64,000 nucleotides of DNA from Gemmatimonas sp. (GCA_965279375.1 OZ257156.1:4960001-5024000); one strand, 5' to 3'. Counted from the first letter of the stretch, positions 27,448 through 39,493 are shown. The notes: a model not told the origin generated them from the letters alone. Program-made: numbers and translations.

Positions 27448-28632
27448 TCAGAACGACAGCGCGAGCGACGTGACCGCCACAACGCTGTTGCGCGACGGAA
27501 GTCCATTCGCGCCGTCGGGGAAGAGCGCCTCGCGATTGCGCCACGCGCGCAACTCCGAGCGCCAGGCCACGCGCGCGTAGGGCGTGACATCGATCCCGAT
27601 CGATCCACCGATGACGCGCAGCGGCGCATTGGGAGTAGGGAGCGCGAAGCCACCGCGCGCATATTCGCCCGTGCCGACTATCACCTGATCCTTGTCCTCG
27701 TAGCCTTCGGCGCGGAACGCGAGCGCCACGGTGGGCGTCGTCTGAACGCGTGCGATTGCCGTCCAACCGTACCACGTCGAGCGGCCATCTGCGTTCGCCC
27801 CTCGTGACTGACTGCCAAAGTCGATGTTGCCGAGCAGGGTGAGTCGCCCCGCGGTGCGCTTGGCTCCGACGCCGTTGAAGACACGCAGTCGGTTGCCCGC
27901 CTCACTGGACACGAGGTTGTAGTAGCTGAATGTGTTGCTCGACGACGCAGCGTAGTCGAGGCGAAGACCGCCCGCCTTGCCGCTGTTGTTCTCCGAGATG
28001 TTCTGCCATCCGTTGATGGCATCCACGCGCGCGGTGAGCTTGGCCGTGGGCGTCCATGTGAGCTTGACGCCGCTTTGGTAGTAGGGGGAGTAGTCGGCAA
28101 CGAGTGAGCGTGTGTAGGTAGGGTTGTCGCGCGATGCCCACGACTCCATCCCAACGTTCGAGTAGAACACACCACCGTCGACCCACATATTCTCCGACAG
28201 CTTCACCCCAACCACGGCTTCCTGCAGCAAGCGACCGAGTGACGGACCACTGACGTATCCGTTGGCCGGTTCACCGGCGTAGTTGGACTGCACCGAATTG
28301 CCCGCCTGCAGCGCGAGGCGTCCGCGATAGTGTGGCGCCTCCAGCTTGGCCTCGACGAATGCGAGGTTGATGTTGAACTCGTTGTGCCGTGCAGGCTGCG
28401 TGGTGAACGGGGTGCCACCCGCGAAGGAGCGATCGAATGCCGGCGGCCGTCCGAAATCCCACGCGTAGTAGCCGTCCACGAACGCACCGAACGTGATCTT
28501 GGGCGTGGAGTCCGTGGGTGCCACCTGCGCGTGCGCGGCCGCCTGCGGTGCCAGCAGCATCAGCCCAACGTTTGCTGCGACGACGCCGATGCAGCGACGA
28601 GAGGCGTGCGCCAGATGTGACTGGGACGTCAT
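27448..28632 (-). CDS. Outer-membrane porin (BBP2/DUF1597-like) within the kdp operon
   Basis: Signal peptide; FVDGYYAWDF, NPTYTRS..YSPYYQSG, NGWQNI; terminal Phe. Confidence 0.85.
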   Translation of the reverse strand: MTSQSHLAHASRRCIGVVAANVGLMLLAPQAAAHAQVAPTDSTPKITFGAFVDGYYAWDFGRPPAFDRSFAGGTPFTTQPARHNEFNINLAFVEAKLEAPHYRGRLALQAGNSVQSNYAGEPANGYVSGPSLGRLLQEAVVGVKLSENMWVDGGVFYSNVGMESWASRDNPTYTRSLVADYSPYYQSGVKLTWTPTAKLTARVDAINGWQNISENNSGKAGGLRLDYAASSSNTFSYYNLVSSEAGNRLRVFNGVGAKRTAGRLTLLGNIDFGSQSRGANADGRSTWYGWTAIARVQTTPTVALAFRAEGYEDKDQVIVGTGEYARGGFALPTPNAPLRVIGGSIGIDVTPYARVAWRSELRAWRNREALFPDGANGLPSRNSVVAVTSLALSF

Positions 28633-28641
28633 TGCATACGC

Positions 28642-29277
28642 TCAGCGAGAAGAGGAGGATGACGAAGTGGGTGTCACTGGCGCACGACCAGCGCGTGACA
28701 TCGGATAGGCTGAATCGACAGCGATGTTGAGCAGCAGCACGTTGATGCGTGGTTCGCCGAATACGCCGAACTGACGGCCCTCTGTGTGTGCCGATACGAG
28801 TGCGCGCAACGCGGTGCTGTCAACACCGCGCGCACGCGCCACGCGCGACAGCTGCAGCTGTGCGTTGGCTGGCGAAATATGCGGGTCCAAGCCAGATGCG
28901 CTCGCTGTCACGAGATCGGACGGCACGGCGCCCATCTGCGCGTGGAGTTCGACGACCGCGCTATCGACGCGAGACGCGATCAGCGTGTCGGCGAGCTTGC
29001 GGTCCGTGGGTCCCTTGTTCGTGCCGGACGATGCGGCGCCATCGTAGCCCGCGCCTGCCGCCGAAGGCCGGGAGTGGAAGTACTCCGCGCGTGTGAAGGT
29101 CTGTCCGATGAGGGCGCTCCCGACAACCTTGCCGTTCACCGTGACGAGCGATCCGTTGGCCTGCGCCGGAAAGAGCAGCTGCGAGAGTACCGTCACCGCA
29201 CCGGGATACGCGAATCCGGTGAGCAGACAGAGCGCGAGCGTGAGCATCAGCGCCGGTCGAATATTTCCGCGAAGCAT
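28642..29277 (-). CDS. kdpC: K+-transporting ATPase subunit C
   Basis: QANGSL, GSALIGQ, YFHSRPS, VTASASGLDPHIS, GEPRINVLLLN. Confidence 0.97.
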   Translation of the reverse strand: MLRGNIRPALMLTLALCLLTGFAYPGAVTVLSQLLFPAQANGSLVTVNGKVVGSALIGQTFTRAEYFHSRPSAAGAGYDGAASSGTNKGPTDRKLADTLIASRVDSAVVELHAQMGAVPSDLVTASASGLDPHISPANAQLQLSRVARARGVDSTALRALVSAHTEGRQFGVFGEPRINVLLLNIAVDSAYPMSRAGRAPVTPTSSSSSSR

Positions 29278-29304
29278 GTGAGTGCCTGGTATTGGGTGCG
29301 CGAC

Positions 29305-31445
<2,141 letters not shown>

Positions 31446-31449
<4 letters not shown>

Positions 31450-33170
31450 GACAGACTCCCGGCGCCCATGAGGAACTGTTCGACGATCGGGCCGAGCGCG
31501 AGCGCCGGAAAGAACGTGAGCGCGCCGACGATGAGAACCACGCCGACGAGGAGCGCGCTGAAGAGCGGTCCGCTCACCGGGAAGGTGCCACTAGACGACG
31601 GCACTACGCGCTTCTCGGCGAGGAATCCTGCAAGCGCCAAGACGGGCACGATCAGCGCGAACCGCCCGATGAGCATCGCGACGCCGAACTGTGTGTTGTA
31701 CCAGTAGGTGCCACCGGTCAGTCCGGCGAATGCGGAGCCGTTGTTGGCCGTGGTGGACGAGAATGCGTAGAGAATCTCGGACAGACCGTGCGCGCCGCTG
31801 TTGTTGAGTCCTGCCAGTCCATTCGGCGAAACCACGCTGACCGCGGTGAAGATCAGGATCGACGCGGCGGCAGCGAGGACGTACAGCATCGTCACCTGCA
31901 CCTCACGCGCCTGGATCTTCTTGCCCAGGTACTCTGGCGTGCGCCCGACCATCAGGCCGGCAATGAACACGGTGAGCACCACAAAGATCAGCATGCCGTA
32001 GAGACCGGCGCCCACACCACCGAAGATCACTTCGCCCAGCTGCATGTTCACGATGGGAACGAGCCCGCCGATCGGTGTGAACGAGTCGTGCATGGAGTTC
32101 ACGGCGCCACAGGACGCGTCGGTGGTGATGACGCTATAGAGGGCAGAGTTGGCAATGCCGAATCGCACCTCCTTCCCTTCCATGTTGCCGCCCGGATTGA
32201 TCGCCGTCGTAGCAACGTCCACACCGCGTGCTGCGTGAATGGGATTGCCGCGCGCCTCGGCCCAGTACGTTGCGCCGACACCGCCGATGAACAGCGCGAA
32301 CATCGCCGCCCACACCGACCAGCCGTGCTTTGTGTTGCCCGTCATCCGGCCAAGCAGATACACGAGCGCCGACGGGATGGCGAAGATCGTGATCATCGAC
32401 CAGAAGTTCGACCACGGCGTCGGGTTCTCGAACGGATGCGCCGCGTTGGCGTTGAAGAAGCCGCCGCCGTTGGTACCGATCTGCTTGATGCTCTCCTGGC
32501 TGGCGACTGGCCCCATCGCGATCGTCTGCTTGGCGCCTTCGAGCGTGGTGATGTCCAGGTACGGCGTGAAGTTCTGAATCACGCCCTGTTGCACGAGAAT
32601 CAGCGCTACGATCAGAGAGAGCGGCAGCAGCACATAGAACGTCCCCCGGGTTATGTCCACCCAGAAGTTCCCGAGACGTCCGCGCGACACTTCACCACGG
32701 CGCGCGATACCGCGCACCAACGCGACGGCCACAGCCAGCCCAACCGCTGCCGACGTGAAGTTGTGAAAGGCGAGCTGCGTCATCTGCGAGAAGTACGACA
32801 TCGTCGACTCGCCGCTGTAGCTCTGCCAATTGGTGTTCGTGGTGAAGGAGACCGCCGTTTCAAACGCCTGGCGATCGGGAAGCGCCGCGAACCCCTGCGG
32901 GTTGAGCGGCAGCAGGTGCTGCAGGCGCAACACCAGATACGTCAGCAGCAGCGAGGCGACACTGAACAGCAGCAGCGACGCGAGATAGCGCGTCCAGTGC
33001 TGGTCCTCCTGTTCATCGATGCCGCACACTTTGTACAGCGGCCGCTCGAGAACGCGGAGCCAGCCGATGCTGCCATCGAAGACGCGGATGATGTACAAGC
33101 CGAGTGGCTTGGCCACTCCGAGGATCACGAGAGAGAAGAGGGCGATTTGCGCCCAGCCATTGGCGGTCAT
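31446..33170 (-). CDS. kdpA: K+-transporting ATPase subunit A
   Basis: [43 protein letters not shown]. Confidence 0.99.
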
Positions 33171-33179
33171 GGTCGATCC

Positions 33180-33269
33180 TCAGAATCGCTCTGGGCGAAG
33201 AAGCGAGTACACGAGGTAGCCGACGATCAGCGTGGCGAGTACCAGCGCCACAGTCGATTCGGTATTCAC
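33180..33269 (-). CDS. kdpF: KdpF small subunit (29 aa; not in the ORF track)
   Basis: Manual translation from GTG 33269: MNTESTVALVLATLIVGYLVYSLLRPERF*, with the canonical YL.Y.L..PE.F end; GAGGAG RBS. Confidence 0.93.
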   Translation of the reverse strand: MNTESTVALVLATLIVGYLVYSLLRPERF

Positions 33270-33394
33270 GACGCACGCTCCTCGGTCGCGACATCACCGG
33301 GATTGCGTCTGCCCAGCGCGGCACAGGCCCGCACGTAGCCAAGCATGAGCGCGAAGAACAACAGGGTTCCCACCACGTAGGCGAGATCAAGCAC
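33266..33394 (-). CDS. 42-aa hydrophobic peptide upstream of kdpF
   Basis: GTG 33394 with AGAGGA RBS: MLDLAYVVGTLLFFALMLGYVRACAALGRRNPGDVATEERAS*; GTGA overlap with kdpF. Confidence 0.75.
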   Translation of the reverse strand: MLDLAYVVGTLLFFALMLGYVRACAALGRRNPGDVATEERAS

Positions 33395-33453
33395 GGGAGT
33401 ATCCTCTGCGGAGAACGGGAACTGCTCCACGCAGAGGAGTGTGCGGCCGAGCG

Positions 33454-33504
33454 CGTAAAGACCGCGCAAAGAGGCAGTGGGGCCGGCATAAAGCCGGCAC
33501 AAAG
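33454..33504 (-). promoter_or_regulatory. KdpE-type direct-repeat operator upstream of the kdp operon
   Basis: Minus-strand CTTTGTG (33504-33498), CTTTATG (33493-33487), CTTTGCG (33471-33465), CTTTACG (33460-33454), all in 11-bp phase. Confidence 0.75.
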
Positions 33505-33521
33505 ATGTGGAGTTTCCTGCG

Positions 33522-35057
33522 CTAGCTGTTCGACGGGAGGTCGACGGCCGGGAGCTCGAGCGTGAACTGCGCGCCGCCGCCCAGACGTGCGCGATAGGTC
33601 AGCGTCCCGCCCTGCGCGTCGGCAAGTCCACGGGCAATGGAAAGTCCGAGACCGGTGCCTTGCACGTCGGGTGTCGTGCCTTCAGGGCGGTAGAACGCTT
33701 CGAAGATGCGTTCTTCTTCGCCGGCGGGGACACCGGGTCCTTCGTCAGCGACGCTGATGCGCACACGACCGCCGTCGCGTACGGCTGTCACTTCGATGCT
33801 GCTGTGCGCGGGCGCATACTTGGCGGCGTTTTCCAGCAGGTTCACGAGAATGCGCAGTGTCTGCGAAAAGTCGCAGCGCGCCGCAAGAACGTCGTCGGAA
33901 AGCGAGACGGCGACCGCGTGCGACGCCAGCGGGCCATGGGCGCGCTGCAATGCGGCACCGATCAGTTCATCCGCGGTGTTGACTGCAAGCACGGGCAGCA
34001 CCGCACCGGCCTGAATTCTCGAGAGCTCCAGCAAGTCGCCGACCATCGCGTCGAGACGATCCACCTCCTTCTCGATGATGGACGCACGCGACACGCTGTT
34101 CCCTTCCGCGGCGATCTCCTGCGCGAGCCCCTTGATGGTCGTCAATGGCGTCCGCAGATCGTGAGAGACCGCGGTAAGCAACGCGCTCCGCAGCGCCTCC
34201 ACGTGACGCTCGGCCTCGGTCCGCTCGAGCGTGGCCACCAAGCGGACGCGTTCGACACCAAGCGCCGCGTAGTACGACAAGGCGTCGAGCAGGCGCGCCC
34301 GATCGGTGGAGAGCAGCAGACCATCGCGGGACGCGACCCGCAGTACACCAACGGGCTGTCCGCGCACGCGAAGCGTTCGCAGCAGCGCACGCACCAGCAG
34401 TGGCTGCGCAATCGTCGGGTCGAGGCGGGTCGTTCCGTCCGGCAGTTCGACCGCGACTTCGGCTCGCCCCGCCATCCACGACACGAGCGAATCAGTAGGC
34501 ACCGACGCCGCGTCGACCGCGCGCACCGCCGTACCGTCGCCCTCGAGCGGAAAAAGTTCACAGCTGTCCGTACCCAGCGCATCTCGAATGACGAGCGCCA
34601 TCGCGTGCAGCGCCGCGGTGGCGTCGGGTGCACTGAGCGCTTCTGCGCCGAGCGTGGCCAGTCGATCCACCTCTTGGGCGCGCCGCATCGCGGTTTCCGC
34701 GGTCGTATTAGCACGAAAGAGCAGCTGTGCCGCGACGACGCTGGTAATGACAAATGCGATGAGCACCAGCCAATCGAGCGGGTCCGCGATGACGAACGTG
34801 TAGTACGGCGGCAGGAACAGGTAGTTGAAGATGAGAAAGGCGACCGCGACGATCATGAGCCCGATCGCGCGTCCTCCCGCCGAGCTGGCGCCTAACACGA
34901 CCAACAGGAACGCGAGCGCGACGTGCGCTTTGTCGAGGCGCTCGCGCACGAGGTACATCGACGCCGCCGTCCCCGTGAGTATCGCCAGCCACGTGAGCCC
35001 GACGCGTGCAGATGCGCGTAGCGAACCGCGGAGTGCGTGGCGCTGGGGAGCGGTCAC
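33522..35057 (-). CDS. kdpD: KdpD-type membrane histidine kinase (DUF4118-like TM, GAF-like, HisKA, HATPase) lacking the N-terminal KdpD/USP part
   Basis: FNYLFLPPYYTFVI; AVSHDLRTPL; NLLENAAKY; DEGPG; GTGLGLSI; GTGA overlap with kdpE. Confidence 0.88.
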   Translation of the reverse strand: MTAPQRHALRGSLRASARVGLTWLAILTGTAASMYLVRERLDKAHVALAFLLVVLGASSAGGRAIGLMIVAVAFLIFNYLFLPPYYTFVIADPLDWLVLIAFVITSVVAAQLLFRANTTAETAMRRAQEVDRLATLGAEALSAPDATAALHAMALVIRDALGTDSCELFPLEGDGTAVRAVDAASVPTDSLVSWMAGRAEVAVELPDGTTRLDPTIAQPLLVRALLRTLRVRGQPVGVLRVASRDGLLLSTDRARLLDALSYYAALGVERVRLVATLERTEAERHVEALRSALLTAVSHDLRTPLTTIKGLAQEIAAEGNSVSRASIIEKEVDRLDAMVGDLLELSRIQAGAVLPVLAVNTADELIGAALQRAHGPLASHAVAVSLSDDVLAARCDFSQTLRILVNLLENAAKYAPAHSSIEVTAVRDGGRVRISVADEGPGVPAGEEERIFEAFYRPEGTTPDVQGTGLGLSIARGLADAQGGTLTYRARLGGGAQFTLELPAVDLPSNS

Positions 35058-35815
35058 GCGGGACGCACCCCGTCCGGCTCGAAGCGATAGCCGACGCCGG
35101 GTTCCGTCTGGATGAAGCGCGGGCGCACCGGATCTTCCTCGATCTTGCGACGCAGATGGCCCACGTAGACACGCAGATACTGCTGCGCGTCGCCTTCGGC
35201 GTTGCCCCACACCGCGCCGAACAGCTGACGATGCGTCATCGTCTGGCGAGGATGCAGCACGAAAGCACGCAGCAATGCGAACTCTGTCGGTGTGAGGTGC
35301 AGCAGCGCTCCCTCCCGTTCCACGCGACGCCGCTGCAAGTCGACCATCGTATCGCCAAATCGTACCACCTGCGGCGCATGCTCCGGCGTCGCGCTGCGTG
35401 CACGGCGCAACTGCGCACGCACGCGCGCAAGAAACTCGACGGTGGAGAACGGCTTGGTCATGTAGTCGTCCGCGCCGGCATCGAGGAGCGCCGCCTTCTC
35501 GGTATCCTCGTGTCGTGCGGAGAGCACCAGAATGGGGGCCATCGACCAGCGACGGATCTCGCGGCACACGTCGAGGCCCGGTCGATCAGGCAGCCCGAGA
35601 TCGAGCACGACGAGCGCCGGCTGCTCCGCGGCGGCCCTATCGATGCCGTCACGCCCCGTCGACGCCTCCACCACCCGCACCCCCGTCCCCGCGGCATCCG
35701 CTCCCATCAGCGACGCGGCCGTCAGCGCGTTGGCGACCAAACGTCGAATCTGCACCTCATCGTCGACAACGAGGATGGTGAGCGATCCGGCGGCGGCTGG
35801 CTGCGTGTCGGGCAC
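35054..35815 (-). CDS. kdpE: KdpE-type OmpR-family response regulator
   Basis: VVDDEVQIRR, LDLGLPD, GADDYMTKPF, LTPTEF, QYLRVYVGHLRRKIE, TEPGVGYRF. Confidence 0.92.
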   Translation of the reverse strand: MPDTQPAAAGSLTILVVDDEVQIRRLVANALTAASLMGADAAGTGVRVVEASTGRDGIDRAAAEQPALVVLDLGLPDRPGLDVCREIRRWSMAPILVLSARHEDTEKAALLDAGADDYMTKPFSTVEFLARVRAQLRRARSATPEHAPQVVRFGDTMVDLQRRRVEREGALLHLTPTEFALLRAFVLHPRQTMTHRQLFGAVWGNAEGDAQQYLRVYVGHLRRKIEEDPVRPRFIQTEPGVGYRFEPDGVRPA

Positions 35816-35855
35816 GGCTGAACGTTAGAGTGGTGCGTCGGGTGGCGACAAGCAA

Positions 35856-35884
35856 TTTTGTGCCGACTTTGTGGCATCTTTGTG
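35856..35884 (+). promoter_or_regulatory. Three 11-bp-phased YTTTGTG repeats (KdpE-type boxes)
   Basis: TTTGTG at 35857, 35868 and 35879, between the divergent kdpE and DUF1028 genes. Confidence 0.65.
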
Positions 35885-35926
35885 CGACCCTGCACCCGCC
35901 GCTGCCACCGACTCTCCCGGAGCCCC

Positions 35927-36715
35927 ATGTTCTCCCGACTCAAGCGCCTTGCATCCGCGATCATCGCGTGCGCTGTGCTGCCGAGTGCCTCCATGGCGCA
36001 GCAGGCCACCGGCTTCGCGCTCACTTCCCCCCTGCCGTGGCCGCCGGTGGCCACCTTTTCCATTCTCGGCTATGACCCCGCCACCGGTGAAGTCGGTGGT
36101 GCGGTGCAATCGCGCGTGTTCTCGGTCGGCAACGGCGTGCTGTGGGCCGAGGCGGGCGTTGGCGTCGTGGCCACGCAGGCCATCGTCGACGTCAGCTACG
36201 GTCCGCAGGCGATTGCGCTCTTGCGTGGCGGCACCAAGCCGGTGGACGTCATCCGACAGGTGTGGGAGAGCGATCCCGATCCGCGTCCCGCCGACTGGAC
36301 CAAGTACGGCCGACAGTTCGCCGTGATCGACGCCAACGGGAACGTGGCGGCCTACACGGGTCCGCGAGCGAGCGACTGGGCCGGCGACCGACAGGGCGCC
36401 AACTGCACGGCGCAGGGCAACATTCTCGCGGGCCCGGAGGTCGTCTCGGCGATGGTCAACGCGTTCGAGCAGACGACGGGGCATCTCTCACTGCGCCTGC
36501 TCGCTGCACTTGAAGCAGGTCAGCGCGCGGGTGGCGACAAGCGTGGCATGCAATCCGCCGCGATGGTCATCGTGAAGAAAGATGCCGGCGTGTGGCTCCA
36601 CAACGACGTCGTACTGAGTCTGCAAGTGGACGACAATCCGGAGCCCATCGTCGAATTGCGCCGCCTGGTGGAGAAGGCCGCGACGATGCGACGGCCCGCA
36701 CGAAGCAATCGGTAG
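35927..36715 (+). CDS. DUF1028 family (Ntn-hydrolase-like) exported protein
   Basis: Signal peptide from ATG 35927; TFSILGYD..GGAVQS..FSVG, ATQA, RQFAVID, QGNILAG, GGDKRGMQSAA, VDDNPEP. Confidence 0.88.
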   Translation: MFSRLKRLASAIIACAVLPSASMAQQATGFALTSPLPWPPVATFSILGYDPATGEVGGAVQSRVFSVGNGVLWAEAGVGVVATQAIVDVSYGPQAIALLRGGTKPVDVIRQVWESDPDPRPADWTKYGRQFAVIDANGNVAAYTGPRASDWAGDRQGANCTAQGNILAGPEVVSAMVNAFEQTTGHLSLRLLAALEAGQRAGGDKRGMQSAAMVIVKKDAGVWLHNDVVLSLQVDDNPEPIVELRRLVEKAATMRRPARSNR

Positions 36716-36741
36716 ACACCGCGCCGCTCGCCGCCCTCGCT

Positions 36742-38763
36742 TCAGGCAACGGAGCGCAGTCGCGTCGGCACGCCGGGGATGCGCGCCAGCAACCACTCGA
36801 ACGCGGTATCGGCAGAGAGTGGACGGGAGAAGAGGAAGCCCTGACCGAGCTGACACCCCAGCAAACGCAGTTGATCGCGCTGCGCGGCTTCCTCGACACC
36901 CTCAGCGACAGTGCGCAGGCCGAGCGTGTCTCCGAGCGCGATGATCGTCCGGGCAAGTGCCGCATCGGATCCACCGCGGGCCACCCCTTCCACGAACGCA
37001 CGATCGATCTTGAGCACATCGACGGGAAACTTCTGAAGGTAGCTCAGGCTTGAGTAGCCCGTCCCGAAGTCGTCGATGGCCAGGCGGACGCCCAGCGTCT
37101 TGAGCGAACGCAAGGTCTCGAGCGTCTCCTCGGTGCGCTGCATGATCACGCTTTCGGTGATCTCCAGCGTGAGGAAGCGCGCATCGGCTCCAGTTCGTCG
37201 CAGCGTTTCAGCGACTTGTTCGACGAAGTCCTCCTCGTAGAGCTGACGACCGGAAATGTTGACGGACACGCTCGGCATCGACTCCGGATGCCCGGACTGG
37301 CGACTCCACGCCTGCTGCCAGCGCACCAGTTGAAGGCACGACTGTTCCAGCACCCACAATCCAAGCGGAACAATCATCCCTGTGTGTTCCGCGAGGGGAA
37401 TGAAATCGATCGGTGAAGTGGCGCCGCGTTCGGAGTGCTGCCAGCGCAGCAGTGCCTCCATCGAACTCACGCCACCGCCATTCAGCTCGACGATGGGCTG
37501 ATAGACGATCGAGAACCCGGCCAACTCAGGGTTCATCGACGCATCGCGCAGGTCGGACTCCAATCGAAGCCGCGCCATGATCGCATCGTACATCGCGGGC
37601 TCGAACACCGCGTGACGGGACTTCCCCGCTTCCTTGGCTTCGTACATCGCAACGTCGGCATTCCGTAACAGCGTATCAGCATCGTCGCCGTGCACCGCGT
37701 GCGCTACGCCGATGCTCGCCGAGAGCAGCATGGTCCGTCCATCGAGGACCAAGGGACCGCGCAGCACCTCGCGAATGCGCTCGACGACCTGCATCGCTTC
37801 ATCGGCGTCCTGCGTCGCTTCCAGCAGCACGGCAAACTCATCGCCACCGAGACGCGCGACCGTGTCGTATGCGCGCGTCGCGCGACGCAATCGCTCAGCG
37901 ACCGACACCAGCATGCGATCACCGGCGGCGTGACCTAGCGTATCGTTCACGCTCTTGAATTCGTCTAGGTCGAGAAAGAGCACCGTCACACGCGCCGTCG
38001 ATCCACCGCGCGCGATCCGTTCGAGCACGTGCACCGCGCGGTTGCGGAACAGCGCCCGATTCGGTAGTCCGGTCAACGAGTCGTGAAAGGCCTCGTGCAC
38101 CAGGCGCGCCTCGAGACGCTTTCGCTCGGTGACGTCGCGGAATACGGTCTGAATCGCTGAGACACCCTGATAGGACATCTGCACCGAAGCAGCTTCCACC
38201 TCGACGACCTCGCCGTCCGGACGCAGTAGGCGATACTCGGTGCGCTCAGCCGACCCGTTCGGTCGGCCGAGCACTCGCGTGCGATCCTCGTGATGGATAA
38301 ACTCCCGCGTCGAGCGACCCTCCAGCGGCGCGGATGACTCCAGCCCGATGAGACGCGCACCAGCCGCATTGACGTACAGCAGCGTGCCGTTCCGGTGGAC
38401 CGCGATCGCTTCCGGAGAAGCCTCGACCAACTCGCGATAGCGTGCCTCGCTGTCGGCCAGCGCCGCCTGTCGCAGTTCCAGTCGCTCGCTGCGCGCCTCC
38501 TCCTCCGCAAGCGTCTGCAGAATGATCGATTGGTTACGCAACGCGAAATGTGCCACGAATGCCGCCGTGACAGCGCTGACCACGATCGTGATGGTGTGCG
38601 AATGCCACGGCGCCAGCGCAGGGAGAAATGCCTCCTTGGTCGCCTCGTACAAAAACATCCAGATCGCCGCGGCGATGAATGCACGCGCCGTCGCAATCCA
38701 GCGTCGCCCCGGATGAACGGAGAATGCGCGGTACGAGGCGGTGACGCGTTGCGAATTGGACAT
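36742..38763 (-). CDS. Membrane-anchored PAS-GGDEF-EAL c-di-GMP enzyme
   Basis: Two TM helices; PAS; HDSLTGLPNR; RAYD I-site; GGDEF; EALLRW; DDFGTGYSS; AEGVE. Confidence 0.95.
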   Translation of the reverse strand: MSNSQRVTASYRAFSVHPGRRWIATARAFIAAAIWMFLYEATKEAFLPALAPWHSHTITIVVSAVTAAFVAHFALRNQSIILQTLAEEEARSERLELRQAALADSEARYRELVEASPEAIAVHRNGTLLYVNAAGARLIGLESSAPLEGRSTREFIHHEDRTRVLGRPNGSAERTEYRLLRPDGEVVEVEAASVQMSYQGVSAIQTVFRDVTERKRLEARLVHEAFHDSLTGLPNRALFRNRAVHVLERIARGGSTARVTVLFLDLDEFKSVNDTLGHAAGDRMLVSVAERLRRATRAYDTVARLGGDEFAVLLEATQDADEAMQVVERIREVLRGPLVLDGRTMLLSASIGVAHAVHGDDADTLLRNADVAMYEAKEAGKSRHAVFEPAMYDAIMARLRLESDLRDASMNPELAGFSIVYQPIVELNGGGVSSMEALLRWQHSERGATSPIDFIPLAEHTGMIVPLGLWVLEQSCLQLVRWQQAWSRQSGHPESMPSVSVNISGRQLYEEDFVEQVAETLRRTGADARFLTLEITESVIMQRTEETLETLRSLKTLGVRLAIDDFGTGYSSLSYLQKFPVDVLKIDRAFVEGVARGGSDAALARTIIALGDTLGLRTVAEGVEEAAQRDQLRLLGCQLGQGFLFSRPLSADTAFEWLLARIPGVPTRLRSVA

Positions 38764-38869
38764 GGCCAGTGTCAGTATCGGCGTCGCCGTGGCCTGACGT
38801 CAGACCGCGTTCAGAGTGTTACTGATCGGTGACGATACCTCTGGCGCATGTCACGAAATGCTATGCGCG

Positions 38870-39493
38870 TCAGTGGCCGTGGTCCGACATCGCCGCGCCC
38901 TGCGCGAGCATCAGATGGTGCGCCGTGTGGTGTTCGCCGTCGGCCATCAGCCCGATGAAGCCGAGACCACGCACCTTGGCGACGGCCCTCGCATCGGAGG
39001 TATCGCGCGCCGTGACACGCATGGTGACGCCGGTCGGCAGCTCCGTGCGCACAATGCGCGGACCGCCGTCGGCCGCCACCATCGTCACGTGCGCGCGCGT
39101 CATGCGCTGAATCGCGGCGATCGTCTCGCCGGTGCCGCGCACCGTAAAGAGCGCGCCTCCGGGAATCACGCTCGTGGTGACGGTGCTGCGCAGCGTGACG
39201 AGGTCCATGTCAACGAGATGCAGCCGCAGCCGCTCGATGTTCACACGCGACCAGTCCGTGGTGCTGTCCGCCTGCAGGATTCGCAGCACCTCAGCGATGG
39301 CGGCAAAGGCGGCCTGACCGCCCTGCGTGGGCACCGGCGCCGCTGCGCGTGGCACCATCCCCGGGGTGTGTACCATCCCGGGCGTGTGCGTCGGCATGGT
39401 CGTCTGTGCTCGCGCCACGGTTGGCGTCGCGATCAGCGCGAGTACGATCAGCAATCGCATGGGCGCGACAGCGGGTCTGTGCATCGACAGCAT
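38870..39493 (-). CDS. Exported His/Met-rich hypothetical protein (probable metal binding)
   Basis: Signal peptide; HTPGMV twice; GQAAFAAIAE..TDWSRVNIE.LR.HL.DM; C-terminal HHTAHH..DHGH. Start uncertain (39493, 39484 or 39460). Confidence 0.75.
   Translation of the reverse strand: MLSMHRPAVAPMRLLIVLALIATPTVARAQTTMPTHTPGMVHTPGMVPRAAAPVPTQGGQAAFAAIAEVLRILQADSTTDWSRVNIERLRLHLVDMDLVTLRSTVTTSVIPGGALFTVRGTGETIAAIQRMTRAHVTMVAADGGPRIVRTELPTGVTMRVTARDTSDARAVAKVRGLGFIGLMADGEHHTAHHLMLAQGAAMSDHGH

Noticed and set aside
38817..38854. Pho-box-like GTCAC/GTAAC repeat upstream of the GGDEF-EAL gene
   Set aside because: Two short degenerate half-sites only, with no phosphate-related context.
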